Virus record (IMG/VR): IMGVR_UViG_3300049432_000039
Coordinates: 1 to 60,895 of that record
Strand: one strand, 5' to 3'
DNA from: a virus
Taxonomy: Duplodnaviria; Caudoviricetes
Length of the DNA stretch: 60,895 nt
Part shown: one piece after another, positions 29,544-39,839 of the stretch
Numbering within the stretch: the first letter of the stretch is position 1
Layout: each line of letters begins with the position of its first letter
Notes under the pieces: generated by a model
Database searches by the model: none
The model's input: the letters and a program-made list of their open reading frames with translations, nothing else
Told to the model about the DNA's origin: nothing
Position numbers and translations under genes: made by a program

Positions 29544-30253
29544 GGGATGGCTGAGATTCAAGTGATCCACAGTGGGGCGTATCACCACTGGCCGGAGTCG
29601 CCGAGGATCATCGTCATATCGGACAGGTTGGCCGAGGCGCTAGATAACCTGCTCGAGGCCTGCGACGACGTTGCTCACGGTCACTCGCACGACATGGACA
29701 TCGGTCCGGCGCTTGAACGAGTGCGGCGACTCCATGACTGGCGCACGGTTCGGATTGGTGGTGAACTGATCGTGCCTGCTCTTGACCCGCCCGCCGTGGG
29801 CACTGAGGGAGGGTAGGGGTGAGCAGGCTGACGGCTGAACGACTGGCTGAGATCAGGCTGTTGTTGACCGACCGCTCGTATCGAGATCGGCTCCAGATCG
29901 CAGCGGATAGCTGGACGAATACCGCCCGCTTCCTTTCCGAGATCGATGTGTTGACCGCTGAGCGGGATGCCGAACGCTCACGCGCCGATGCCCTCGCAGC
30001 GGAGGTTGAGCGGCTCAAGCGCGCGTGTCTGACTCCGAGTGGCCTTGCGTGTCGGCTTTGCACGGCGACATGGCTGGAAGGCGAGGAGGACCACCACCCA
30101 CGGTGTGTCCTGACCGGCCAGCAGCAGCGGGGAGCGGGGAGGCGTAGTGGAGACGATAGCTCTGATCCTGGCCGGAGTCCTGGCTGTTGAGCTGCTGATC
30201 GCCGCTCAGGTGGTGGGGTGGTATCGGGGGCAGGTTGAGGGGGAGGGAGAGGG

Positions 30254-30451
30254 GTGAAGCGCCAGACCGGACCTGGAGGCGTGGCGTTCAAACGGTGTGC
30301 AGTCTGCCACCGTGAGGTGCTCTCTGCCTATCGCGGTGAGGTCACGGCCGTGGGCAAGGGTGAGATCGTGAGTGTTGCCAGGGACGGGACGGTTATCGGC
30401 AAGTGCAGTTGCGGAAAGTGCGTGACGTGGGAGCGGGAACCGGTTCAGTGA
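30254..30451 (+). CDS. Small Zn-ribbon protein
   Basis: CAVC..KCSCG. Confidence 0.5.
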   Translation: MKRQTGPGGVAFKRCAVCHREVLSAYRGEVTAVGKGEIVSVARDGTVIGKCSCGKCVTWEREPVQ

Positions 30452-30615
30452 GGGTCCGCCTGATCGTGGCGTTCTTGATCTCGTATGGATTCTTCGAGCC
30501 TGAACACCACCTCGGCGTTGACGGATCGCCGGTTCCGATGTGCAAGTTCAGTGAGCCGCGCCAGGAGCGCCTTCGGCATGCGGATCAGGCGCGGGACGAT
30601 CTCTTCTTTCGCCAC
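30445..30615 (-). CDS. Arc-family ribbon-helix-helix repressor (56 aa, absent from the ORF track)
   Basis: IRMPKALLARLTELAHRNRRSVNAEVVFRLEES. Confidence 0.8.
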   Translation of the reverse strand: MAKEEIVPRLIRMPKALLARLTELAHRNRRSVNAEVVFRLEESIRDQERHDQADPH

Positions 30616-30663
30616 GCCGCATCGTAGACGATGCGATCACCCGGATTCTAGTGTGATATCAGG

Positions 30664-30692
30664 TTGATTACTGCATGTAGTCACCGTATAAT
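30664..30692 (+). promoter_or_regulatory. sigma70-like promoter
   Basis: TTGATT-17-TATAAT. Confidence 0.7.
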
Positions 30693-30722
30693 CACTTCTA
30701 GGAGAAATGCACGGAGGAGCCG

Positions 30723-31589
30723 ATGGCGCTTGAGTTTCACCCGGCGGCAAATCTGTTCCCGTTGATTTCGGATGACAGTCAGGCGTTCAAGGATCTGGTC
30801 GAGGACATCCGGACGCAGGGGCAGATTGAACCTATTGAGTTGTTTGAGGGGAAGATCCTCGATGGCCGGCACCGCTATCGCGCTTGTGTCGCCGCCGGCG
30901 TCGAGCCGAAGACGGCCACTTGGAGTGGCGACAATCCGTACGCGTATGTCGTTTCGAAGAACCTCCACCGTCGCCATTTGACGGACGATCAGAGGGCAGC
31001 CGTGGCGTTCGATGCGATGCCGAAGATTGAGGAAGAGGCCGAGGCGCGGAGGCGCGCGAAGATCAGCGAATCTCAGACTGAGGCCAACTCGAAGGCGATT
31101 CAGACGCGGTTGAATTCAACCGCGTCTGAATCTGGAGGAGAGCACGTTTCCCGTAAGGAAGCCGCTGAGCAGTTCCAGGTTTCGCAGGACCGGATTCGGC
31201 GAGCGAAGGCGCTCGGAGCTGCTGACCGGAACGTACTTGAGGAGGTGAAGACGGGCAAGATCAGCTTGAAGAAGGCAGAGGATAAGGTCAAGAAGTCACG
31301 GCGACCGGTGCCGAATCCGAATGTCCATATCCCCGGACAAGTCGTTCAGGCACCACGCCCGCCACGGCAGATACCGGCGCTTCAGGATCGCTTGTACAAG
31401 ACGATTCAGAGCTTCCCGGATGAGCGCACGGCAAAGGCGTTGGCACGGGAGATCCAGACGGAGAATCTGGATCTCCCGCAGGATGCCATCCGAAAACTGA
31501 CTGACCATCTCAAGGAATCAGGCAGGGGCCGGACGGCTTTAGCTCGAGGGCTTATTGCCCTCGCGAACAGGGATAATCGTACAGCATGA
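30723..31589 (+). CDS. ParB N-terminal domain protein with HTH
   Basis: HPAANLFP..LVEDIR..ILDGRHRYRAC..NLHRRHLT. Confidence 0.8.
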   Translation: MALEFHPAANLFPLISDDSQAFKDLVEDIRTQGQIEPIELFEGKILDGRHRYRACVAAGVEPKTATWSGDNPYAYVVSKNLHRRHLTDDQRAAVAFDAMPKIEEEAEARRRAKISESQTEANSKAIQTRLNSTASESGGEHVSRKEAAEQFQVSQDRIRRAKALGAADRNVLEEVKTGKISLKKAEDKVKKSRRPVPNPNVHIPGQVVQAPRPPRQIPALQDRLYKTIQSFPDERTAKALAREIQTENLDLPQDAIRKLTDHLKESGRGRTALARGLIALANRDNRTA

Positions 31590-32461
31590 GCGGATACCAG
31601 AACGGTGCGTGGGGCAGCCTGCTCCAGCGTTCCTCGGAAATGCGAGACCTCGGCCTTGAAGACCTTCGGGTCGATATGCGGTTTCAGCGGGCGATCAATC
31701 CGCATTCGCTGGAGCGTATCAAGGCCGAGTACCACCCGAACGGCATTGGCCATATCCTCGTGGCCGGTGTCCAGCCAGTGAATTCCGGTGAGCCACGGTA
31801 CGCCGTGATCGACGGGCAAACGCGTTATCGCGCGCTCTGTGACTTGATTGAGGATCAGCGCGAAGGGAAAGAAGTTCCAACGGGGCTGAGTCAGACGATC
31901 CGGGCTGAGGTCTTCCCGGATCTTTCGGTGCCCGAGGCCGCGTTGCTCTTCCGCCTGCGCAATACCCAGAAGCCGGTCCCGCCCGTGGATCGGAGCCGTA
32001 TTGCCGTTATCGAAGGCGATCCGGAGATGCGGACCGTCGTTGAGCAGTCACTTGAAGCGGGCTACGTCGTCTTCAGTGACAACGAATCCATCATTGCCAC
32101 GATGGAAAAGGGTGTCGAGGAGGCTCGACGTATCGTGAGATGGGGCGTCAAGTATGATCGCCCAAAACTTCTTGCTGAGGCATTGACGATTCAGGCCGAG
32201 GCGTTCCGGAACCCCGACTCGCCGGATCTGCGCGGTACGATCCACCCGAAGATCCTCCAGGCGACGGCTGATCTCTTGCGAAAAAATCCAAACCTCGTGG
32301 AGGCTGAGCTGTCGCGCGTCATGCGGACGATGAATGACCTCCTCTTCGATTCGGAGAAGATCGCCTCGAAGGATCGGATTCGGTTGCATAAGGCGATTCA
32401 GATCGTCCTCCGCGAGCGATATAACAAGGGCAAGGGGAAAGCGGAGCGCATCAAGGTCTGA
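31586..32461 (+). CDS. ParB/Srx-fold protein (DUF6551-like)
   Basis: LRVDMRFQR..YAVIDGQTR..EAALLF..N. Confidence 0.65.
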   Translation: MSGYQNGAWGSLLQRSSEMRDLGLEDLRVDMRFQRAINPHSLERIKAEYHPNGIGHILVAGVQPVNSGEPRYAVIDGQTRYRALCDLIEDQREGKEVPTGLSQTIRAEVFPDLSVPEAALLFRLRNTQKPVPPVDRSRIAVIEGDPEMRTVVEQSLEAGYVVFSDNESIIATMEKGVEEARRIVRWGVKYDRPKLLAEALTIQAEAFRNPDSPDLRGTIHPKILQATADLLRKNPNLVEAELSRVMRTMNDLLFDSEKIASKDRIRLHKAIQIVLRERYNKGKGKAERIKV

Positions 32462-32523
32462 CCTCGCGTATACTGATCCTGAATTGCATACGGGCGAGCA
32501 TTCGCCCTGCTAGATGAGACTTC

Positions 32524-32563
32524 GAGAGCTCATCGCCGGTTGACGCCGGCGGTGGGCTCTTTT
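32524..32563 (+). terminator. Intrinsic terminator downstream of a TATACT box
   Basis: GAGAGCTCATCGCCGG/CCGGCGGTGGGCTC followed by TTTT. Confidence 0.65.
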
Positions 32564-32580
32564 GCGTTCCTGGAGGCCCC

Positions 32581-32784
32581 ATGGACCAGCACGACCGTCA
32601 CGTCGCCGTCGACTACGCCCGTCTGTTGCTGGGCGTCTCTGCCCTGATCGCCGCGATCTGCTTCGCGATCCTGGTGGGCTGGCTGGTGCTCTCCAAGCAG
32701 GACAGCAAGCTCTACGAGGCGGACAACACGGTGTGCGTCAGCCAGCCGCTCCAGGTCCAGTGCTTCGAGCGGAAGCCCCGATGA
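32581..32784 (+). CDS. Small membrane protein
   Basis: GGAGG RBS, one TM segment. Confidence 0.55.
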   Translation: MDQHDRHVAVDYARLLLGVSALIAAICFAILVGWLVLSKQDSKLYEADNTVCVSQPLQVQCFERKPR

Positions 32785-32963
32785 TCGTCGCCATCCTGGT
32801 AGCGCTGCTCGTGACCGTGATCGTGTACGGACTGACCAGAATGGCCTGCGACAAGGTGATCGCGGCCGAGTACCAGTGGATTGCGTGGCTGGTTGCCATC
32901 GTCCTGATCGTGGTCGCCTGGTGGCGGCTTGTCCTGGGCGAGCTGATCGGCCCGCTCCCGTGA
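32781..32963 (+). CDS. Small two-TM membrane protein
   Basis: ATGA coupling, hydrophobic. Confidence 0.55.
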   Translation: MIVAILVALLVTVIVYGLTRMACDKVIAAEYQWIAWLVAIVLIVVAWWRLVLGELIGPLP

Positions 32964-33033
32964 TGCGCACACTCGCGGCGTTCTTCGCCGGCGCCCTGGC
33001 CGGCGCCCTGGCGCTGCTGGAGGCATAACACCG

Positions 33034-34662
33034 ATGGCTGCACCGCGATCACAACATACCACCCTGGCTGCACGACTGGCCGTCCTGGTCGCTGCCGTGG
33101 CGGTGTCGATCGTGGTGACCCATGCGCCCGACCGCCTGCCGATCGACCACCGCGCTCACGCCGCGCCGGCCGCACAGGCGACGCCCGGCCCCTGGACCGA
33201 GACCTTCAACCAGTACGAGGTCGGCGTCCCGATGCCGCTCACGTCTGGCCCCGGCCAGGACGTGTACGTCCACATGCGCGACCGCGAGAAATGGGCGAGC
33301 GGCCCCGACCCCATGCCGCTCGACCCGGTCGGCGCCCCGCAGTTCGGCATCTCGCACGGCGCGATGTGCCAGGCGCCGCCGGCCACGCACGCGAACCACC
33401 CCGGCACCACCGGCGCGTGGGGTGACTCGGTGTTCGTCTGCGGGTCGGCATCGACGCCGCACATGATGACGGCGATCAACGGCGGCAACTACGGCCTGCT
33501 CTACTACACCCCCGCGCAGATGATCGATTTCGACGGCACCGAGGCCGTTATCAGGTTCGACGTCTCGTCGCTGCATGCATCCGGCCGCGACTGGTGGGAC
33601 GTCTGGATCACGCCGTGGGACGACAACCTGCCGGCCCCGTTGGAGTGGTGGCTGCCGGCCCTGGCCGGCGAGCCGAAGAACGCCCTCCACATCAAGGTGG
33701 GCGAGCGCGGAAACCTGGAGCAGTCCATCTTTCGGGATGGCGTCGAACAGGGTTGGAGCTGGCAGAGCTGGGTACCCGCCGACACGCTGATGACCCCGTC
33801 GGCCAACCGTCGTGACACGGTCGAGATCACGGTATCCCCGACCCGCCTTCGGGCCTGTTGGCCGCCGGGCCAGCAAGCGGTCAATGGCGGCCAGGGCTTC
33901 TGCTACGCCTCGACGCCGGAGACCCCGCTCTCCCCGGCGCTGACCTGGAGCCGTGGGATCGTCCAAATCGGGCACCACTCCTACAACCCGGGCAAGGCCT
34001 GCGAGTGGGACGGGAGCTGCGGCCCCGGCACGTGGCACTGGGACAATTTCAGCCTCTCCCGCGCCGTGCCGTACACGATGATCCGCGCCAACGAGCGCGC
34101 GGCCATCGAGGCCACCCAGGGCGCACCGATGACCTTCACCTTCCCCGAGCCCGCCCCGGCAGACAGCTCCCTGCGCGTCTCCGCGTTCGGCCTGGGCTAT
34201 CAGTACAGCACCGATGGCGGGACGACCTGGGCGCCGTTGCGGCGTCAGCCATCCGGGCGCACGGACACCGGCGGCGAGATGGAGCCGTACTGGCAGGCCA
34301 TCCCGGCCGGTACGACCGCCGTCCAGTTGAAAACGACGGCGGTCAACCCGAACGGCCAGGGCGGGGTCGACTACGCGGCGATCTGGTCGCAGAATCCCCG
34401 GTCGGCGGCGCCGACCCCGGCGACCATGCCGCCCACCGCAACCCTCATCCCGACGCCCGCCCCGACTGAGACACCCATCCTCACCAGCACGCCGCTGCCG
34501 ACGATGACGCCGATCCCGCCCACGACCACGAAGGCGGCGACTGCCGTGCCGCCGACGAGCACCCCGATGCCACCGACCGCGACCGTCATAGCGGCGCCGC
34601 TCGGGGCCTGTTCGGTCACGGTCGCCCCGAACCGCAAGACCGGATCATGGAGTTGCCCCTGA
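33034..34662 (+). CDS. Exported protein with signal peptide and Pro/Thr-rich tail
   Basis: Basic-hydrophobic N-terminus; Trp/Gly-rich core; PTATLIPTPAPT.. tail. Confidence 0.7.
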   Translation: MAAPRSQHTTLAARLAVLVAAVAVSIVVTHAPDRLPIDHRAHAAPAAQATPGPWTETFNQYEVGVPMPLTSGPGQDVYVHMRDREKWASGPDPMPLDPVGAPQFGISHGAMCQAPPATHANHPGTTGAWGDSVFVCGSASTPHMMTAINGGNYGLLYYTPAQMIDFDGTEAVIRFDVSSLHASGRDWWDVWITPWDDNLPAPLEWWLPALAGEPKNALHIKVGERGNLEQSIFRDGVEQGWSWQSWVPADTLMTPSANRRDTVEITVSPTRLRACWPPGQQAVNGGQGFCYASTPETPLSPALTWSRGIVQIGHHSYNPGKACEWDGSCGPGTWHWDNFSLSRAVPYTMIRANERAAIEATQGAPMTFTFPEPAPADSSLRVSAFGLGYQYSTDGGTTWAPLRRQPSGRTDTGGEMEPYWQAIPAGTTAVQLKTTAVNPNGQGGVDYAAIWSQNPRSAAPTPATMPPTATLIPTPAPTETPILTSTPLPTMTPIPPTTTKAATAVPPTSTPMPPTATVIAAPLGACSVTVAPNRKTGSWSCP

Positions 34663-34741
34663 TGCCGCTCCACACCTTCGACGCCCCACCAGCCACCGAT
34701 GCGCCAGCGTTGATTTCGATTGAAATCCGGTAGGGAATTCA

Positions 34742-35131
34742 ATGGCAGGCAAGGGCGGGGCCAGACCGGGTGCTGGACGCAAGCCGAAAGGCATCAAGCG
34801 CGTGATCCACGCGTCCCCGATTCAGGTGGTTGAGGCAAAGATCAGCGAGAAACTGCCGTGGCTGGCAGACAAGCTCTTTGAACTTGCCGAAGGCGTTCAG
34901 GTGCAGAAGACTGACCGTCGCGGTCGAACCAGGATCTACTCCGAGCCTCCCGACCGCCAGGCGATCGAGTACCTGATGGATCGGGTGATGGGCAAGCCGA
35001 CGCAGCCGATCAGTCTGGTAGACAAGGTCCGCGAGATGGCCGCTGCTGAGGGACTCACTGATGAAGAGACCGCCGCCGCTGTGACCGAAGCCGAGCGGAT
35101 CATGAAGGCGCCGACACGTGCTCGCAGTTAG
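34742..35131 (+). CDS. terS: Terminase small subunit
   Basis: GGARPGAGRKP; directly upstream of terL. Confidence 0.7.
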   Translation: MAGKGGARPGAGRKPKGIKRVIHASPIQVVEAKISEKLPWLADKLFELAEGVQVQKTDRRGRTRIYSEPPDRQAIEYLMDRVMGKPTQPISLVDKVREMAAAEGLTDEETAAAVTEAERIMKAPTRARS

Positions 35132-36500
35132 CCCGATCGACGCTCAGGCCGCTGCGCTCCTTGCGGTGCGTACGGTCAAGGCGCGGCGCTCAGAATCCCC
35201 CGTGGCCATGCTTTCACCGCTTCAGTGGGCCGAGCAGAACGCGGTGATTGTCAGGCCCGGAATCGGCACTGAGCGTTGGCAGCCATATCCATTTCAGGCC
35301 AGACTGCTGGACGACACCAGTCCGCTTCGGATCGTGCTGAAGGCCCGGCAGACCGGCCTATCGACGGCGATCGCGCTGGAAGCGCTGTACTACGCACTCC
35401 ACAAACCGCATGATCGTACCCTGTTCGTCTCACGGAGTGAGAATCTGGCAGCGCTCTTGATTAGCTACGTTCGGGTCGCGATTGCCGGCCTGCCGATACC
35501 GATCAAACTGGTCTCTGAGAGTCAAAGTAAACTCGTGTTCTCCAACGGTTCGGAGATCGTCTCATTGCCGGCTAACCCGGCAACCGGACGCGGGTACCCA
35601 TCATCTCGGGTCTACCTCGACGAGGCGGCGTACATGCTGTACGCCGATCTGATCTTGCAGGGCGTGCTGCCGACACTGGCGCCCGGCGGTCAGCTCACCG
35701 TGTTGAGCACGCCGAAGGGTCGCACCAATCTGTTCGCTCGAACCTGGATGGGTTTTGCGGGCGGCGACTGGTCGCGTCACACCGTCCACTTCACGGACTG
35801 CCCGAAGTACGACGACGCATGGGAGGCACACACCCGAGCGACGATGACCGCGCAGGGATTTGCCGAGGAGTTCGGGTGCGACTTCATCGCGTCGAGCGGT
35901 GCGATAACCTGGTTACGTGAGTGGTGTCAGCAGCGGTACGACATCACCGATGAGGCGATGGCAAAGGCTGTGATCGCCCGCTTCCTGTCATATGACACCG
36001 CCTCGAAGGACAAGGATACCAACGCCTATTCCGCATGCGTCGTCGGTGAGCTTCTGGGTGACTACCGGCTGCGGATTCGGTACGTCTGGCGTGAGCGCCT
36101 GCTGATGCCGGAGCTGGTCGCTCGGATCGAGCAGGATGCTGTCGCATGGGATACGGACGAGAAACTGCACGAGGTCATCATCGAAGATCGGGCATCCGGT
36201 ATCGGTGCCTACCAGACGCTCATGGCATCGGGATCTGTGCGTCTACGCGCTGCCCTGCGCGCCTTCAACCCAACGACGAGCAAAGAAGAGCGGTTCGGCA
36301 CGGCCGGCGTCTGGGTAGCGAACCAGTCAGTGATCCTGCCGTCGCCATCGCCGGCGTCCCCCTGGCTCATGCCGCTGGAGTCGGAACTGTTCGAGGAGAG
36401 CGAGTTTGTCGACCAGCGCGACGCCGTGGCCCAGTTGATCCTCTTCAAAGAACCGTACCTCTCGCAGGGCTGGCGTGCCCGGCAAGGACAAGCAGCGTGA
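35118..36500 (+). CDS. terL: Terminase large subunit
   Basis: KARQTGLS, VYLDEAA, LSTPKG, SYDTA, DQRDA. Confidence 0.92.
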   Translation: MLAVSPIDAQAAALLAVRTVKARRSESPVAMLSPLQWAEQNAVIVRPGIGTERWQPYPFQARLLDDTSPLRIVLKARQTGLSTAIALEALYYALHKPHDRTLFVSRSENLAALLISYVRVAIAGLPIPIKLVSESQSKLVFSNGSEIVSLPANPATGRGYPSSRVYLDEAAYMLYADLILQGVLPTLAPGGQLTVLSTPKGRTNLFARTWMGFAGGDWSRHTVHFTDCPKYDDAWEAHTRATMTAQGFAEEFGCDFIASSGAITWLREWCQQRYDITDEAMAKAVIARFLSYDTASKDKDTNAYSACVVGELLGDYRLRIRYVWRERLLMPELVARIEQDAVAWDTDEKLHEVIIEDRASGIGAYQTLMASGSVRLRAALRAFNPTTSKEERFGTAGVWVANQSVILPSPSPASPWLMPLESELFEESEFVDQRDAVAQLILFKEPYLSQGWRARQGQAA

Positions 36501-36612
36501 GCAGATCATGGCGGGATGACTTCGAGGTCTTCATAGCGCTGTATATCGTCATGCCCATCAGCGTCTATCTTGGCTTCAAGCTCTACGTCGTACTGCGATT
36601 GGCAGGTGTTCT

Positions 36613-38257
36613 TTGAGCCTCCTCAGTGGGATCAGCCGGTTCTTCGGCACCAGCGCGCCTGCCGTCAACGGCAGCGCCGTCGATTACCGCGCCCAGGTCA
36701 CCCGGCGCACCCGGCTCGATGCCGCCGAGCAGCGCGACATCTACGCCGTCCTGCGAGCCTTTTACCTGAATTCTGATCTCTACGAGTACCTGCGCTCCGA
36801 GCGGTTCATGGTGACCGCCAACACGCCCAATCTCAAACCCCTGCGCAATCCAATTCCAGCAGCGATTGACTTTTTTAGTGTGAAGTCGTGGCCGGAGCCG
36901 CTAGAGCTCACCTCCCCGAGAGAGACGACCGACGAGACATCCGAAACGACCGACCCCGTGCTGGCCGCCATCGAGCAGGTCTGGCAATGGTCGAACTGGC
37001 CCCGTCGCCGCGAGATGGTCGCGCACTGCGCCGCGTTGTACGGGGAATGCTATCTGAAGGTCGTGGCCGACCCGATCAGGGGCCGCGTCTGGTTCGAGGT
37101 CATCGAGCCACAGTATGTTCAGGATTTCGAGGACGACGAACGCGACTATCTGACATGGCTGCGCCTCGACGTCCCGAAGTGCGACATCAACCGCGAGACC
37201 GGCGAGACGCGCGAGTACACCAGGACCGAGGTCTGGTCGAAGGACGACGGTACCTATCGCGTCTGGCACACGGACGGCGACCAGTACGGCAAGCCATTGA
37301 ACAGCCTGGGCGCGGTCCGGGTTGAAGAGTCCGGTACGCTGGCCGAGCTTGGCATCGACTTCCTACCGTTTATCAGGATCGTCTTCAAGGACGTCGGGCA
37401 GAAGCGCGGGCTCGGCGCTGTGCAGGGTGCCATTGAGCCGGTCGTCGAGGCTGACTTGATGGCGACCCACCTCCACGGGACATTATTTACCTCACTGGAC
37501 GAGACGACCGTCATCACCCGAGATGGCACCGACGCCAACGGCCGCACGTTACCGGCCGTCCAACTGCCCAACGCAACACCCGCCTTCGACGCGCTCGGCC
37601 GAGAATTGCGCAGCCCGGGTGCCAATGCTGATGGCAGCGTCACGATCGGCAATTCGACGCTCATGTCGTTGCCCGGCGGCGCACACGTCGAGTTCCTGGT
37701 GCCGCCGATTGCCTATGAGGCGGCGCTGAACATCCAGCAGGATCATGATGCCCACATCGAGCATCTGGTGCCGGCGCTCGCCTACAGTCGTCTCGGTGAG
37801 ATGGGCACTGCTGAACTGAGCGGTCGAGCGATTCGCTACCGGCTCTCGGCTGCGATTGACCAGATCCTCATGGTGCGTGCGCACCTCCTAGCCGGCCTGA
37901 AACAAGCGGATGAGATCGCCCTGACACTCGGCCAAGTCAACGGTATTTTTCAGTTGCCCGGGTCTTTTGACTCCGGAGCCTTCGAGCATGGTTTCGCCGA
38001 ACGCGACGTCATCCCTATCTCGGATTTCGAGGACAGTCAGACGCTCGCTCAGAAAGCATCGGCATTCTCATCCTTTGCTGCTGCGGGCTTGCCTCTGGCC
38101 GAAAATCTGAAGCTTCAGGGCTACGCCGATGACGTATGCGGCGGTCGTCGTCGACATGGCGGCACAGGAGCAGGAAGCAGCCTTCGAGCAGCAGCAAGAG
38201 TTGGCAGCAGCATCGGCAGCGCCGGCTGAGGGGAACGGGGGAGGCTTCGGTGTCTGA
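36613..38257 (+). CDS. Portal protein; probable 1-nt frameshift near 38134 (ORF as given ends at 38229)
   Basis: Size and position after terL; LYGECY and LSGRAI motifs; alternative-frame tail YAAVVVDMAAQEQEAAFEQQQE. Confidence 0.8.
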
Positions 38258-38883
38258 GCGCGAGCACGTCCTCTCGACGCAGTGCTGGTGCAAACCAGTC
38301 GTTGATAGCTTCGGTCCGAACCGCGTGACCAGGTTGCCGTGCGCAACTGGCAGCCACCGCTTCCACTGGTCCTCCGTGCAGGCTCGCGCATGTCAGGAGA
38401 TCGCAGCACAATCCCCCCAGGAGGATGACAGCGCATGAAAACCTGGGTTGTGCTTGGGGTTGCTGAGAACAACGCGCTCACGAACTCTTTCGTCTATCTC
38501 TTCAGTACGCGGGATCGAGCTATCGATTTTGTCGAGCGCCGTCTCGTTGACCGCGTTTTTACATGGTCGGGAGATGCGACGGAGACCGGCGGCATCTTGG
38601 ATGCGCACCACCACCAGGAGTACGGCGGTCGCAGCGTTTACCAGATTTGGTATGCGCGGATCGACGACGAGGACGACGATGCCGAGTAGATTGGTCGCCT
38701 CTATGTTCAGGATGGCCCGAGCAGAACAGCGTTTGCGTCGCGCGAAGCTCGGCCCGCCGTTGTCACTTGAGGATGCCGCGTTGGCCGCGCTGTCCATCGT
38801 CGACAAAGTCGACCTCCCGATGGTCGAGGCGTTTGTCCGCGACGCTGCCGGACAGAAGGGCGTTGATCTGTTGAGGGCGACCC

Positions 38884-39222
38884 GTGGCTGACATGCCAGC
38901 GTCTATCAAGGTCGGGCCGTTCGTGTACGCCGTGATCCAGGATGCGGCAAAGCTCCAGGCGTGGGAGCGCGAGAAGAAGGGTGCATACAGCGGCTTCTCG
39001 GACCATAGTCTGATGAGGATCGTCATCGGCCCCGATGAGGCGACATGCTCGCAGCGAGAGACGCTCTGGCATGAGGTCAAGCATTGTGTCGTTCACCTGT
39101 TTGGCGAGTACGGAAACCAAGACGACGAGACGTACATTCGCCGTACCGCTCCAATGGAGTTGGCAGCGCTCCGGGAGAACCCCGACCTTGTGGCGTACCT
39201 CTTGGCCGAGGATGTGGCCTGA
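38884..39222 (+). CDS. Small HExxH protein
   Basis: ETLWHEVKH..E..NP. Confidence 0.6.
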   Translation: MADMPASIKVGPFVYAVIQDAAKLQAWEREKKGAYSGFSDHSLMRIVIGPDEATCSQRETLWHEVKHCVVHLFGEYGNQDDETYIRRTAPMELAALRENPDLVAYLLAEDVA

Positions 39223-39839
39223 TGGCCGACATCCGATGGAACGAGATGGCCGGCCGCTTCGTGAACGAGCGAGGACAGTTCGTGTCCGACGCCTCAGTCC
39301 GTGCCGTCGTGGATGCTGTGGCCGACCAGGCCAGTGCCCGGCTCGCTGCATCAGCTCAGGCCATGCTCGACGGGACCAAGAGCTTAGCCAGTTTCCAGGC
39401 CGAAGCGATGCAGATCATCAAGACCTCGCACGTCGCTACGGCCACGCTCGCACACGGCGGCGCTGCGCAGATGACGTTCGCGACGTACGGGGCAGCCGGC
39501 CGATCTATCAGAGACCAGTACGACTTCCTGCGTGGGATGGCCCAGGACATCGCCAGTGGCCGCCAGCCGCTCAATGGTAGCCTCGTCGCTCGCGCCCGTC
39601 AGTACGGGCAGGCCGCCCGTGTGACATTCGAGAGAGCCTACGGCCGAGACCAGCAGCAGCGCGGGTACCGTTTCGAGCGGTCGCTGCTCTCGGTGGCCGA
39701 GCACTGCGCGCAGTGCGTGTCGGAGGCCCGCAAGGGTTGGGCCCCTATCGGGACGCTCATCCCCATCGGCCAGCGCACCTGTCGCGGGCAGTGTCGTTGC
39801 TCGATCCGCTATTCCCGCGCTCTGGAGGTTGCCGTGTGA
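39222..39839 (+). CDS. Minor head / MuF-like morphogenesis protein
   Basis: EHCAQC..CRGQCRC; position after the portal. Confidence 0.65.
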   Translation: MADIRWNEMAGRFVNERGQFVSDASVRAVVDAVADQASARLAASAQAMLDGTKSLASFQAEAMQIIKTSHVATATLAHGGAAQMTFATYGAAGRSIRDQYDFLRGMAQDIASGRQPLNGSLVARARQYGQAARVTFERAYGRDQQQRGYRFERSLLSVAEHCAQCVSEARKGWAPIGTLIPIGQRTCRGQCRCSIRYSRALEVAV

